Shown one piece after another: positions 15,001 through 25,231 of a DNA stretch of 64,000 nt. A program made the position numbers and the translations under genes. The DNA is taken from assembly GCA_963774265.1 (NCBI GenBank), contig CAVZDU010000005.1, positions 96,001 through 160,000 on the forward strand. Direction: 5' to 3'. How positions within the stretch are numbered: position 1 is the first letter of the stretch; each line of letters opens with the position of its first letter. Source of the stretch: an uncultured Chloroflexia bacterium (GTDB lineage Bacteria > Chloroflexota > Anaerolineae > CG2-30-64-16). The notes under the pieces are model-generated. The model saw nothing but the letters and a program-made list of their open reading frames with translations, had not been told where the DNA came from and ran no database searches.

Positions 15001-15051
15001 TCGAACGGGGCGGGAAGCTTCAATTTCGGGTTGGTGCCGGGGACGCAATAG
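1..15051 (+). CDS. Giant modular secreted/surface protein, 5'-partial, about 5000 aa once three frameshifts (~1163, ~6880, ~8020) are repaired. Modules: BNR/Asp-box beta-propellers, choice-of-anchor X-like domains, DUF11-like, PA14, about 7 CARDB, PPC, DPND-type domain, invasin-like Ig, 2 PKD, pmp-like GGAI/FxxN repeats, choice-of-anchor Q
   Basis: ORFs 45-1202, 976-6900, 6864-8126 and 7918-15051 continue one another's domains across the junctions. The first shift is an extra G (gcgtgggatctgg) compared with the internal duplicate at ~3503 (gcgtggatctgg). Motifs seen: SxDGGxTW, DDGAHGDxxAGDGVW, FATVTDDGARLWVD, PDLQV...ESNETNN, DPNDIVGP, YTWDFGDG, DQRGVARP...CDIGSFE. Confidence 0.85.
110..1030 (+). 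repeat. BNR/Asp-box repeat block 1 (~159-bp, 53-aa units)
   Basis: Recurring unit PAITQAxDGKLWxVWxSxRSGNYDLWYKTSxDGGATWSADTQLT. Confidence 0.85.
2467..3375 (+). repeat. BNR/Asp-box repeat block 2, part of a ~2.35-kb internal duplication of the giant gene
   Basis: Same 53-aa unit. Flanking DNA is near-identical between ~1030-1340 and ~3372-3680. Confidence 0.85.
12953..13440 (+). repeat. Tandem duplicated PKD domains (~246-bp period)
   Basis: Two near-identical copies of ATNDSPTELGxATNFAATITAGTNATYTWDFGDGASGTGAQ. Confidence 0.85.
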
Positions 15052-15267
15052 ACTGGCGCGTCAGTCAGCTAATGCCGGGCGGGTGAGTTCAGCTTCGACC
15101 TTGTCCCGCGGGGGGCTTCCCTAGCCCGGCAACCGACGTTGAGTATTGAACCAGATGCGCGCCCTGATAGGCCGGAGACCTGTCAGGGCGTTGCGTTTCT
15201 TGCTGCCTATCTCCGTTTCTCGTAGCAAAATGATATCTCTTCTCACTGAGCCGGGGGGAACGGCCAC

Positions 15268-16200
15268 ATGCATCTGCCTCCTGAAGTCGTGGTCATCGGC
15301 AACGTCGGGATCGACACCAACATCTACCTCTACGGCGCGGATGTCGACTGGAGCGTCGAGGCCAACTTCACGCAAAACCTGGACTACGTGGGGCAGGCGG
15401 GTGGGTACGCAAGCCGGGGTTACGCCCGCCTGGGACACGGGACCGCCTTCATCGGCACGGTGGGGGACGACTATCACGGCCGGTTCATCCGTGAGGAACT
15501 GGCCCGGGATGGCATCGACCTGGCCGGCCTGTTCGTCGATCCCCAAGGCACCGCGCGCAGCGTCAACCTGATGTATCGCGACGGCCGGCGGAAGAATTTC
15601 TACGACGGCAAAGGCCACATGGCGCTGGAGCCTGACCTGGCGGCCTGCCGCGCGGTGCTGGCAGGCGCGCGGCTGGCGCACTTCAACATCCCCAATTGGG
15701 CGCGCCAACTTCTGCCCCTGGCGCGCGAGCTGGGCGTCAAGATCGCCGTCGATTTGCAGGATGTCGTCTCGCCCGACGATCCATATCGCCGGGATTTCGT
15801 CGAGCAGGCTGACATCCTTCTTTTCTCCGCGGCCAACTACGCTGACCCCTCGCCCTTGATCCAGTACTTTCTCGGAAACGTGCCGGATCGGATCGTCGTC
15901 TGCGGCATGGGTGCGGCCGGCTGTGCGCTGGGCACGAGCGCGGGCGTCCGGTTCTTCGGACCCGTGGCGTGGCCCGAGCCTGTGATCGATACTAACGGCG
16001 CTGGCGACGCGCTGGCTGTGGGATTCCTCAGCAGCTATGTGCTGGGCAGCTATTCGCTCGAGGATTCCGTGCTGCGCGGCCAGATCGCCGCGCGCCACAC
16101 GTGTACGCAGAAGGCATCGTCTTCGACCCTGATCAATGCTGAACTCCTCGACCGTCGCCACCGCACATTAGCCACTGACGCAGCGTCCCAGAACGGTTAG
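15268..16200 (+). CDS. PfkB/ribokinase-family carbohydrate or nucleoside kinase
   Basis: G-x-V-G-D-D-x-x-G motif and C-terminal DTNGAGD signature. Confidence 0.9.
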   Translation: MHLPPEVVVIGNVGIDTNIYLYGADVDWSVEANFTQNLDYVGQAGGYASRGYARLGHGTAFIGTVGDDYHGRFIREELARDGIDLAGLFVDPQGTARSVNLMYRDGRRKNFYDGKGHMALEPDLAACRAVLAGARLAHFNIPNWARQLLPLARELGVKIAVDLQDVVSPDDPYRRDFVEQADILLFSAANYADPSPLIQYFLGNVPDRIVVCGMGAAGCALGTSAGVRFFGPVAWPEPVIDTNGAGDALAVGFLSSYVLGSYSLEDSVLRGQIAARHTCTQKASSSTLINAELLDRRHRTLATDAASQNG

Positions 16201-16267
16201 GCACCAGTCAACTCGGATGGTATACTCCGAGCGAAATCAACGTAGAGGGGTAGCGGGAGGCTCTATC

Positions 16268-17533
<1,266 letters not shown>

Positions 17534-17534
17534 T

Positions 17535-18965
17535 ATGAGCGAGCCGGTCTCCTATTCCCACGATACTTATCTGTCGCCCTACACCTGGCGCTATGGCTCC
17601 GCGGAGATGCGCCGCGTGTGGAGCGAGCTGCACCGGCGGCGTCTGTGGCGGCGGATGTGGGTGGCGCTGGCCGAAGCCGAGCAGTCTGCCGGGTTGGTCA
17701 CGGCGGCGCAGGTGGCGGACTTGAAGGCGCACGCGGAGGAAATCGATCTGCCGCGCGCGCTCGCCATTGAGGCGGAGATCCATCACGACCTGATGGCAGA
17801 GGTGCGCACCTATGCGGAACAGTGCCCCATCGGCGGCGGGATTATCCACCTGGGCGCGACTTCGATGGACATCGAGGATAACGCCGAGGCGCTGCGGATG
17901 CGCGAGGCATTGGACCTGCTCCTCGGCAAGCTGTCGGCCCTCCTGATTGCATTTTCGGACCAGATCGAGCGATGGGCCGACGCTCCGACCATGGCGTTCA
18001 CGCACTTGCAGCCTGCAGAACCGACGACCGTGGGTTACCGCCTGGCCCAGTACGCCCAGGATTTACTCAGCGACTATGGTGACTTACGGAGGGTGCGCGG
18101 GGAGGTGCGCGGCAAGGGATTGAAGGGGGCGGTCGGCACCTCGGCGTCCTATGCCGAACTGCTGTCCGGCACGGATGTAAGCCCCAGAGAACTCGAAGCG
18201 CGCGTGCTCCGCGGCCTCGACCTCGAAGCGTTCCCCGTCGCGACGCAGATTTATCCCCGCAAGCAAGACTACACGGTCTTGTCAGCGTTGGCCAGTCTGG
18301 CACAGTCGCTTTACAAGTTCGCGTTTGACTTGCGGTTTCTTCAGTCGCCCCCCATCGGAGAATGGGCCGAGCCCTTTGGCAAGGCACAGGTGGGCTCCAG
18401 CGCCATGCCCTTCAAGCGCAACCCGATCCACGCCGAGAACGTAGATAGTCTTGCACGCCTGCTCGCGGCTCTGCCACGCGTCGCGTGGGACAATGCGGCA
18501 CATAGCCTTTTGGAGCGGACTCTCGATGACTCGGCGAACCGGCGCACCATTCTGCCGGAGGGATTCTTGATCGCTGACGAGTTGGTCACCCGGTCGACGC
18601 GTCTGATCACCGGGCTACAGGTTGACCGCAGCGCTGCCGAGCGGCTGCTGAGCACCTACGGTCCTTTCGCCGCGACCGAACGGCTGCTGATGGCGCTAGC
18701 GCGCCGCGGCGCGGACCGGCAGGCCGTGCACGAGGTCATTCGGGAGCACGCCATGGCTGCCTGGGTTGTCGTGCAGGCGGGCGGCGTAAACCCGTTGATC
18801 GAGTCGCTGTGCGCGGATGCGCGCCTGACGCAATATGCCTCAGTTGAAGAGATGCGCGGCTGGTTGGATGCATCCCCTTACGTGGGCGATGCGCCGGAAC
18901 GGGCGCGCGACCTGGCTGCGATTCTCAAGCGCAATAGGGGTGAAGCGAGTGCAAGGACCCTCTGA
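17535..18965 (+). CDS. purB: Adenylosuccinate lyase
   Basis: GSSAMPFKRNP fumarase-superfamily signature, IHLGATS, FTHLQPAEPTT; directly follows purA. Confidence 0.95.
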   Translation: MSEPVSYSHDTYLSPYTWRYGSAEMRRVWSELHRRRLWRRMWVALAEAEQSAGLVTAAQVADLKAHAEEIDLPRALAIEAEIHHDLMAEVRTYAEQCPIGGGIIHLGATSMDIEDNAEALRMREALDLLLGKLSALLIAFSDQIERWADAPTMAFTHLQPAEPTTVGYRLAQYAQDLLSDYGDLRRVRGEVRGKGLKGAVGTSASYAELLSGTDVSPRELEARVLRGLDLEAFPVATQIYPRKQDYTVLSALASLAQSLYKFAFDLRFLQSPPIGEWAEPFGKAQVGSSAMPFKRNPIHAENVDSLARLLAALPRVAWDNAAHSLLERTLDDSANRRTILPEGFLIADELVTRSTRLITGLQVDRSAAERLLSTYGPFAATERLLMALARRGADRQAVHEVIREHAMAAWVVVQAGGVNPLIESLCADARLTQYASVEEMRGWLDASPYVGDAPERARDLAAILKRNRGEASARTL

Positions 18966-18990
18966 CTCGAGCCGCGGCCGGCCAACTGGG

Positions 18991-20307
18991 ATGACGGCCT
19001 TCACTGTCGTCTGGCTCGGCCAGATAATATCGGTCCTCGCCACCAATATGACCGCCTTCGCTCAGTCGATCTGGGTGTTCCAGGAGACGGGCAGCGCAAT
19101 GGCGCTCGGATTGGTGCAAGTCTGCTTCATCGTTCCCTTCCTGATCCTTTCGCCTGTCGCCGGCGTGATGGTCGATCGCTACAACCGGAAGCTCATGATG
19201 ATGGTGAGCGACCTGGTGGCGATCCTCCCCACCGTTGGGCTGTTGATCCTCTCAGCCGCAGGCCGGTTGGAGGTGTGGCACTTTTACGTCGCAGCGGCCT
19301 TCCAGGGCATCGGCAACACGTTCCAATGGCCGGCCTATTCCGCGGCCATCGCGGTCATGGTCCCGAAAGAACAGCTTGGCCGGGCCAATGGCATGATGTC
19401 GCTGATCGAAGCCGGACCGGGCGTGCTGGCGCCGCTCATGGCGGGTGCACTGCTGCCGCTGATCGGGCTGACGGGTATCTTGGGCATCGATGTCGCGACC
19501 TTCCTTCTCGCGATCGTGGGCCTCGCCATCGTGTTCATTCCGCAGCCCGAGCGCACAGCGGCAGGGCGCGAGGCGCAGGGCAGCTTCCTTAAAGAAGCGG
19601 CCTACGGCTTTCGTTACATTTTTGCGCGGCCAAGCCTGCTTGGCCTGCAGCTGCTTTTCTTCGCGGGCAATCTTTTCTGGGGCATCGCCATGACGCTGAC
19701 CGCACCCATGGTCCTGGCTCGCACGGACAATAACAGCCTGGCCCTCGCCACCGTGCAGTCAGCCGGGGCCCTTGCCGCCGTGGCCGGCGGCGTCATCATG
19801 AGTGCGTGGGGTGGCTTCAAACGCCGCACCTACGGCGTCATCTTCGGTTGGCTGTTGGCCGCGTTGGGACTCATCCCGTTGGGGTTGGGGAGGGTTGTGC
19901 CGGTGTGGGTGGCGGCCGCCGTCTTCGCGGATCTGTGGAGCCCGCTGATCAACGGTTCGAACCAGGCCATCTGGCAATCTAAGGTGGCGCCCGATGTGCA
20001 AGGCAGGGTGTTTTCCGCGCGGCGATTGATTGCCTGGTTCGCCCAGCCCATCAGCCCGATTATTGCCGGTGCGGCGGCCGACTATATCCTGGAACCGGCG
20101 ATGCGCTCCGGTCGCGGGCTGGCCCTGGTCTTTGGCGGGCTATTCGGCACGGGGCCGGGCTCCGGGATGGGGCTGCTGATCGCGCTCAGCGGCATCCTTG
20201 CCGCTGCGGTGGCGCTGGGCGGGTATCTCGTGCCGGCTATCCGGGATGCCGAGGATCGCCTGCCGGATTACGATCACCGGCCGGCTGAGGAACCGGTAGC
20301 CAGCTAG
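18991..20307 (+). CDS. MFS transporter (DHA3/macrolide-efflux-like); start uncertain
   Basis: About 12 hydrophobic segments, GVMVDRYNRK motif A, and WQSKVAPDVQGRVFS. Confidence 0.88.
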   Translation: MTAFTVVWLGQIISVLATNMTAFAQSIWVFQETGSAMALGLVQVCFIVPFLILSPVAGVMVDRYNRKLMMMVSDLVAILPTVGLLILSAAGRLEVWHFYVAAAFQGIGNTFQWPAYSAAIAVMVPKEQLGRANGMMSLIEAGPGVLAPLMAGALLPLIGLTGILGIDVATFLLAIVGLAIVFIPQPERTAAGREAQGSFLKEAAYGFRYIFARPSLLGLQLLFFAGNLFWGIAMTLTAPMVLARTDNNSLALATVQSAGALAAVAGGVIMSAWGGFKRRTYGVIFGWLLAALGLIPLGLGRVVPVWVAAAVFADLWSPLINGSNQAIWQSKVAPDVQGRVFSARRLIAWFAQPISPIIAGAAADYILEPAMRSGRGLALVFGGLFGTGPGSGMGLLIALSGILAAAVALGGYLVPAIRDAEDRLPDYDHRPAEEPVAS

Positions 20308-20319
20308 GGCGCTTGTCGG

Positions 20320-20373
20320 AGACCTTCGAGGTCACGTGAGGAGGCTGCGCGATCTCGCAGACCTTGAAGGTCT
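20320..20373. repeat. REP-like palindrome pair (agaccttcgaggtc ... agaccttgaaggtct) between convergent genes
   Basis: Inverted repeat; same family as 52204-52234 and 53465-53497. Confidence 0.6.
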
Positions 20374-20394
20374 ATTCGTCGACGTCCCTGGTCT

Positions 20395-22341
20395 TCAGTC
20401 CACCTGGTATGGCACGTCAACAACGATCACGCCGGGGATGAACATGAGCGCCAGCCGCAGGAAGGTGGCGGTCTGGGTGTGCAGCAGGTTATCGAACCAA
20501 TGGCGCGGCACAAACTGGGGCACGACGACGGTGATGACTTCGTTTGGCCGTCGCGCGGCCGCCAGTTGACGGATATACCGCAGCAGCGGTTCGTGCATCA
20601 GCCGGTAGGGCGACTCCACGATCACCAGGCGCACCCCTTCCCCCCACATCTGCCAGCGTTGCTCCACGCGCGCGGCTGAAACCGGATCGATGGAGACGTG
20701 GACCGCGGTCACATCCGAGGATAGGAGCTGCGCGTATTCCAGCGCCGCTAGCGTGCCCTGGTGAACCCCACTGATGGGGAGGATCACACGGTGGCGCTGA
20801 GGAGGCGGCCCGGGATTGAAGTTTTCCAGGGTCAGGCGCGAGGCGAGATGGCGATAGTGCCGGTGGATGCGGAAAAAGAGCAGCACCAGCGCGGGCAAAA
20901 GGATCAGGATGATCCAGGCGCCCTGGCTGAACTTCGTAACGGCAAAAATCACCGTGACGACGACCGTAATGAAAGCACCCAGGGCGTTAATGGCCATTTT
21001 GCTCTGCCAGCCCGTTTCGTACTTCAGGACTGACCCCCGTTCCGCGCGCGTTTCCTGGGATCCCAGTTGACCGGCCTTCCACCAGCGCCGCGACATGCCC
21101 GCTTGCGACAGGCTGAACGAAAGAAACACGCCGATCGCGTACAGTGGAATCAACGCCGTAACGCTGGCCCTGAAGAGGATAATGAATCCGGAGGCGAGCA
21201 GCGCCAGGACGACGATGCCGCGCGAGTAGACCAGCCGGCTGCCCTGGTACGAAAGCTGGCGCGGCAGGAAGCCATCCATAGCCAGCAGTGCACTCAGCCG
21301 CGGGAAGCCGTTGTAGGAGGTGTTGGCGGCCATGATCAAGATGACGGTCGTGCCTGCAATCGTGAGCAGATAGAGCAGACCGCGTGCCCCATCGGCAGTG
21401 CGCGCCACCTGCGAGATGATCGTTTCTTCCTCCGAAGGGATCGCGCCCACCTGGACGGCCAGGAAGGTGATAGCAACCAGGAGCACGGCCAGGATGCCGC
21501 CCATCCAGAGGAGTGTAATGCCGGCGTTACGGCTGCGCGGCTCTTTGAAGGCCGGCACGCCGTTTGCAATCGCCTCGACGCCCGTCAGCGCGGTGGTGCC
21601 GGAGGAAAACGCGCGGAGGATCAGGAAGAGCGTCAGCCCCTGCGGCCCGCCGAGCACCTCCATCGGGGGCGGGTCTGTAACCATACCGAGCGAGCCTGTG
21701 AAGTGACGGAAGAAGCCGATGATCACGGTGGTGAACATCATGATCACGAAGAAATAGGTTGGGATTGCGAAGATCGTGCCCGATTCGCGCACCCCGCGCA
21801 GGTTGATCAGCATGACGAGCAGGGCCAACCCGACGGCCAGCTCCACGCGATACTCGAAAAGCCGCGGGAACGCAGATGTGATCTGCGCGACCCCGGACGA
21901 AATGGAGACTGCGACCGTGAGGATGTAGTCAATCAGCAGCGCTGCGCCTGCGATAGCCGCGGGGGGGTCGCCCAGGTTATCGCGCGCGACAATATACGCG
22001 CCGCCGCCGCCGGGATAGGCGTGGATCGTCTGCTCATAGGACGCCGTGACGATCGCCAGCAGCGCGACGATGCCGAGTGATAACGGAATGGAAAGACCGA
22101 AGGCTATCGTGCCCGCGGCTGCCAGCACCACAAGCATTTCCTGCGTGGCGTACGCGGTCGACGAGAGCGCGTCCGATGCAAACACCGCCAGTCCGACGAT
22201 CTTGCGAATCGCCTGGTGGGGCGCTTCGGCGGTGGCCAGTGGGTCGCCGGTGAGAAGGGTCAGCCACGAGCGCTGCGGTTTTTCGCCGGCCAGCTGGTGA
22301 TGTATGCTGGGTGCGTCATCATCATCAATTTGGGATCGCAT
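20395..22341 (-). CDS. APC-superfamily permease, KimA/YdaO-like (putative K+ importer)
   Basis: FASDALSSTAYATQE, YPGGGGAYIVARDNLG, ALTGVEAIANGVPAFKEP, LIPLYAIGVF, plus a soluble C-terminal domain. Confidence 0.85.
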   Translation of the reverse strand: MRSQIDDDDAPSIHHQLAGEKPQRSWLTLLTGDPLATAEAPHQAIRKIVGLAVFASDALSSTAYATQEMLVVLAAAGTIAFGLSIPLSLGIVALLAIVTASYEQTIHAYPGGGGAYIVARDNLGDPPAAIAGAALLIDYILTVAVSISSGVAQITSAFPRLFEYRVELAVGLALLVMLINLRGVRESGTIFAIPTYFFVIMMFTTVIIGFFRHFTGSLGMVTDPPPMEVLGGPQGLTLFLILRAFSSGTTALTGVEAIANGVPAFKEPRSRNAGITLLWMGGILAVLLVAITFLAVQVGAIPSEEETIISQVARTADGARGLLYLLTIAGTTVILIMAANTSYNGFPRLSALLAMDGFLPRQLSYQGSRLVYSRGIVVLALLASGFIILFRASVTALIPLYAIGVFLSFSLSQAGMSRRWWKAGQLGSQETRAERGSVLKYETGWQSKMAINALGAFITVVVTVIFAVTKFSQGAWIILILLPALVLLFFRIHRHYRHLASRLTLENFNPGPPPQRHRVILPISGVHQGTLAALEYAQLLSSDVTAVHVSIDPVSAARVEQRWQMWGEGVRLVIVESPYRLMHEPLLRYIRQLAAARRPNEVITVVVPQFVPRHWFDNLLHTQTATFLRLALMFIPGVIVVDVPYQVD

Positions 22342-22459
22342 GTGACTCAAATCTTGGTGGGATTCTCGGTGTCTGCACTCATGTTAGCACAGCGCGCGGT
22401 GGATGCAAGTGACGGCGGGGTTGTGCTGGAGTCCGAGTTGAATGTTTGCGCGGCGTTGC

Positions 22460-22488
22460 TTGACAAGGACCGCGGCTTCGGGCATAAT
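22460..22488 (+). promoter_or_regulatory. Sigma70-type promoter of the pheST leader
   Basis: TTGACA-17 bp-CATAAT immediately upstream of the T-box. Confidence 0.8.
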
Positions 22489-22492
22489 CTGG

Positions 22493-24349
22493 TCATAATT
22501 GAATCGCCATTGGCGCAGCCATAAAGCGATGACGGAGGAAAGTAGGCGGGGGGATGACCCCAGAGAAGCCGGGCCCCTGCGAGGGGGCTGAAAGCCCGGC
22601 CGGCCCCAACCCCGATGAAGTTCCCTCCTGAGCGGGCGGGTGAAAGCAATCGTGAAGTAGTCCGCCACGGCAGCCCACCGTTATGGGGCAGCCGGTAAGC
22701 CTGTACAGCCGGGCCGCCGGCCAGAGAGCGGCTTCCCAAGGGAAGCTCGAACCAGGGTGGCACCGCGGAGTGAATACGCGCACTTCGTCCCTCTGCCCGT
22801 TGACAATAAACTGCATAGGCTGCGCAAGCTCACAGCTCACCCAAAGTACCTTCTTACCGTCCTCGTATGCCAGTGTTCCTTCGACGTTCAGTGTTTCTAT
22901 GGCTCTTCGCCGCGTCGCGAAGTCTGATTCGGCGCCTTCCAGACTGACCGCAATCTTAGCGGCGAAGTCTTGCAGGTCCGCTATCTGGTCAGCGGTCAGC
23001 AGGTGCGCCGTCAGGTAGTCGGCCAGGCCGGCGCGCTCCTTCTCCAGCGCGCCTATGGTCGTCTCGATACGGGTGCGGCGCTCGGTCAGCAGGTCCTTGG
23101 AGAAGTCGCCCGAAAGATATAGGTCAAGCAGACGCTCTAGCTGCGTGCGATTCTCGCGGATCAGGTCTTCCACTACCTTCAGCCGCGTTCGTATTGGCGT
23201 ATGCTCGGCTTCTTGTCGCTCGCGGTATGACTCCAGGCCGTCAGCTAGTTTTTGCGGATCAAGCAGGAAGGACCGCACCCAACCCCACACGATAGCGTCG
23301 ACGTCGTCGGCATGCGCTCGCGGGCCGACCTCGCAGGAGTGCGATATCTCACGTTTAGCATGACAGATATAATAGCGCCGCGTCGCGGTCTGCGAATTGG
23401 CGACCAGGCGCGCGCCGCAATGGACGCAGCGCAGCCGACCACTCATTAGATAATCGTAGATCGACTTACGGCGCAGGCTTGTGCGATTGTGGTCCATACG
23501 TACTTGGGCTTGGGCGAAGGTCTCGCGACTTATCAGGGCGGGCACGGTCACGGACAGCGCAGCGTCTTGTGTGAAGTCGCGGTGGTAGCGCCAAAGGCCG
23601 GCGTAGGTCTCGTTACTCAGTATCTTGGATATCGTGCCGCGCGCCCATACGCCGTGCTTGCGCTTCTTGGTGTGTACTTGCCGCGTGTCTTCGTAGGTCG
23701 GCGCACACATGGCGTCCAGCGCGTTCTTAATCGCGGTCATGCTCAGCGCACCGCCCGCGCCGTCGCCGGTCGTATACCACTGGAAGATAAGCCGTACAAT
23801 GCTTGCTTCAGCTTCCTCGATAACCAGCGCAAACTTGCCATTCTCTGACCGATAACGATAGCCATAGGGCGGCCTGCCGTGTACCATGACGCTGCCGGCC
23901 TGGACCTTCAGCACGCGCCCACGCGTCATGCGTTCGTTGATCTTCTCGCGTTCGTATTCGGCTATAGTCGCCTTGATATGCTTGTTTAGCCGGCCTTCGG
24001 GCGAATCGGGATACTCGCCAAGCACGTATTCGATCTGCACGCCAGCCCGCCTTAGCTCTTCTTCGACGACGAGCTGCTTTGCCAGCGACCGCGATAGCCG
24101 GTCGATCTCGCGCACGATCAAGACGTCGAAGTCGCCCGCACGCGCCATGTCACGAACGCGGTTCAGTCGCTCCAGCTCGAAGGCGGCGCCCGACGCGCCG
24201 CGGTCGTCTTCGTGCAGCTCAGCGATGATCTCATAGCCGTGCTCGGTCGCATACTTGCGGCACATCTCCAATTGACCGGCCAGGTTGCGGCCTTCGCGCT
24301 TGGTATCGTCGCTGCTGACTCTGGCGTATAAAACGGATCGCTTGGTCAT
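22493..24349 (-). CDS. Large serine recombinase (integrase); the ORF runs through attL into the antisense T-box
   Basis: YARVSS catalytic motif, DRLSR, AEYEREKINERM, PPYGY, recombinase domain, zinc ribbon (LRCVHCG...YYIC...C) and coiled coil. Confidence 0.95.
   Translation of the reverse strand: MTKRSVLYARVSSDDTKREGRNLAGQLEMCRKYATEHGYEIIAELHEDDRGASGAAFELERLNRVRDMARAGDFDVLIVREIDRLSRSLAKQLVVEEELRRAGVQIEYVLGEYPDSPEGRLNKHIKATIAEYEREKINERMTRGRVLKVQAGSVMVHGRPPYGYRYRSENGKFALVIEEAEASIVRLIFQWYTTGDGAGGALSMTAIKNALDAMCAPTYEDTRQVHTKKRKHGVWARGTISKILSNETYAGLWRYHRDFTQDAALSVTVPALISRETFAQAQVRMDHNRTSLRRKSIYDYLMSGRLRCVHCGARLVANSQTATRRYYICHAKREISHSCEVGPRAHADDVDAIVWGWVRSFLLDPQKLADGLESYRERQEAEHTPIRTRLKVVEDLIRENRTQLERLLDLYLSGDFSKDLLTERRTRIETTIGALEKERAGLADYLTAHLLTADQIADLQDFAAKIAVSLEGAESDFATRRRAIETLNVEGTLAYEDGKKVLWVSCELAQPMQFIVNGQRDEVRVFTPRCHPGSSFPWEAALWPAARLYRLTGCPITVGCRGGLLHDCFHPPAQEGTSSGLGPAGLSAPSQGPGFSGVIPPPTFLRHRFMAAPMAIQL
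22520..22792 (+). ncRNA. T-box riboswitch (Phe-type, pheST leader) whose terminator is truncated by the integrated element
   Basis: Stem I hallmarks (GCGATGACGGAGGAAAGTAG, CAGAGAAGCC, GCTGAAAG), likely specifier TTC at 22621-22623, T-box AACCAGGGTGGCACCGCG, and antiterminator pairing AGGG/CCCT and GCGGAG/CTTCGT. Confidence 0.93.
22775..22808. other. attL junction (host B arm, CT core at 22791-22792, element arm ctgcccgttgacaata)
   Basis: The element arm is a 14/16 inverted match to the arm at 35877-35892. Confidence 0.88.
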
Positions 24350-24384
24350 GGTGTGTTCTCCTTCTTGGGCTAGTCGCCTCACGG

Positions 24385-24412
24385 CTGCGCAGCATGACGT
24401 CATGCTGCGCAG
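24385..24412. repeat. Perfect 28-bp palindrome upstream of the integrase
   Basis: ctgcgcagcatgac|gtcatgctgcgcag. Confidence 0.85.
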
Positions 24413-24424
24413 GGCGTCAGTCGG

Positions 24425-24679
24425 CTAGTCAGCGTCCTTTAGTAACAGGTTAGCGGGCTGCGCGGCCAGCTCCACGCCAATAGCGAAGCAAGCTTCGCCA
24501 TACGCGGCAGCGTAAGCGCTGCCGGCAGCCTCCAGGTCCAGGACCAGGGCGTCATGCTGCGGTGCGACGGTGCGCAGCTTCTCAATCAGGGCGCTGAAGG
24601 CGGCGCTCTCGGCCTGCGCGCGGTCGCTTGCTTGCACGGTTACGACGCCCTCGAAGGCGTCTGCAAAGGTCTTTGTCAT
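24425..24679 (-). CDS. Hypothetical protein (84 aa)
   Basis: AAAGGA Shine-Dalgarno before MTKTFADAF; element-like codon usage. Confidence 0.6.
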   Translation of the reverse strand: MTKTFADAFEGVVTVQASDRAQAESAAFSALIEKLRTVAPQHDALVLDLEAAGSAYAAAYGEACFAIGVELAAQPANLLLKDAD

Positions 24680-24704
24680 GGTCGGATTTCCTTTCTCGGC
24701 GATT

Positions 24705-25028
24705 CTATTGTCGTGTCTTGCCATTGCGGCGCAGCGACCTGGTCGGCTGCGGGTCATAAAACATGCCTTCAGGCAGCGCGGCCCAGTCGCGCGCCTTGCG
24801 CCAATTGAAGTCAGGATCATGGAACGCGCACGGCTCGAAGGCGCCCGCGCGGCGGCAGTTGCCAGCCGCGTAGGCCGAACAGGTGCAGATATCGCGCAGC
24901 ATGTCAGGTTGCGCGCCGCCATGCGCATAAGCGTTGACCTGCGGGCAAAGTTCTCGTTCGTCCAGCCATGTAACATGATTGCGTTGCACGCCGGGTAGCT
25001 CTTTCCAGGTCACGGTCAAGATAGCCAT
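24705..25028 (-). CDS. Hypothetical Cys-rich protein
   Basis: AAGGAGG Shine-Dalgarno before MAILTVTW; CxC...C...C pattern. Confidence 0.55.
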   Translation of the reverse strand: MAILTVTWKELPGVQRNHVTWLDERELCPQVNAYAHGGAQPDMLRDICTCSAYAAGNCRRAGAFEPCAFHDPDFNWRKARDWAALPEGMFYDPQPTRSLRRNGKTRQ

Positions 25029-25231
25029 TGTCAAAGCCCTCCTTGTGATAGGGCCGGGCATTATGGTATGATGTGCCCGGCGTATGGTTCTGCCATTGCC
25101 GACCGGCTCGGCGTGCGTGTCAGCGCTCGCCGGGCCTCTTCTTTCCTTGGTCTCTCGCTGTGCCCTCCTTCCCCTGCTCTATCGTGTCTTGCTTATGGTC
25201 GAAGCTGCCGACCTGTAAGCATGTAAGCAAG

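Noticed and set aside
15052-15267. Possible structured RNA upstream of pfkB-purA
   Set aside because: GC-rich stems are present, but I recognise no purine or ZTP riboswitch consensus. An Rfam scan would be needed.
22350-22790. c-di-AMP (ydaO) riboswitch for the KimA-like gene
   Set aside because: The structured RNA is on the opposite strand and has clear T-box motifs. I see no ydaO consensus on the minus strand.
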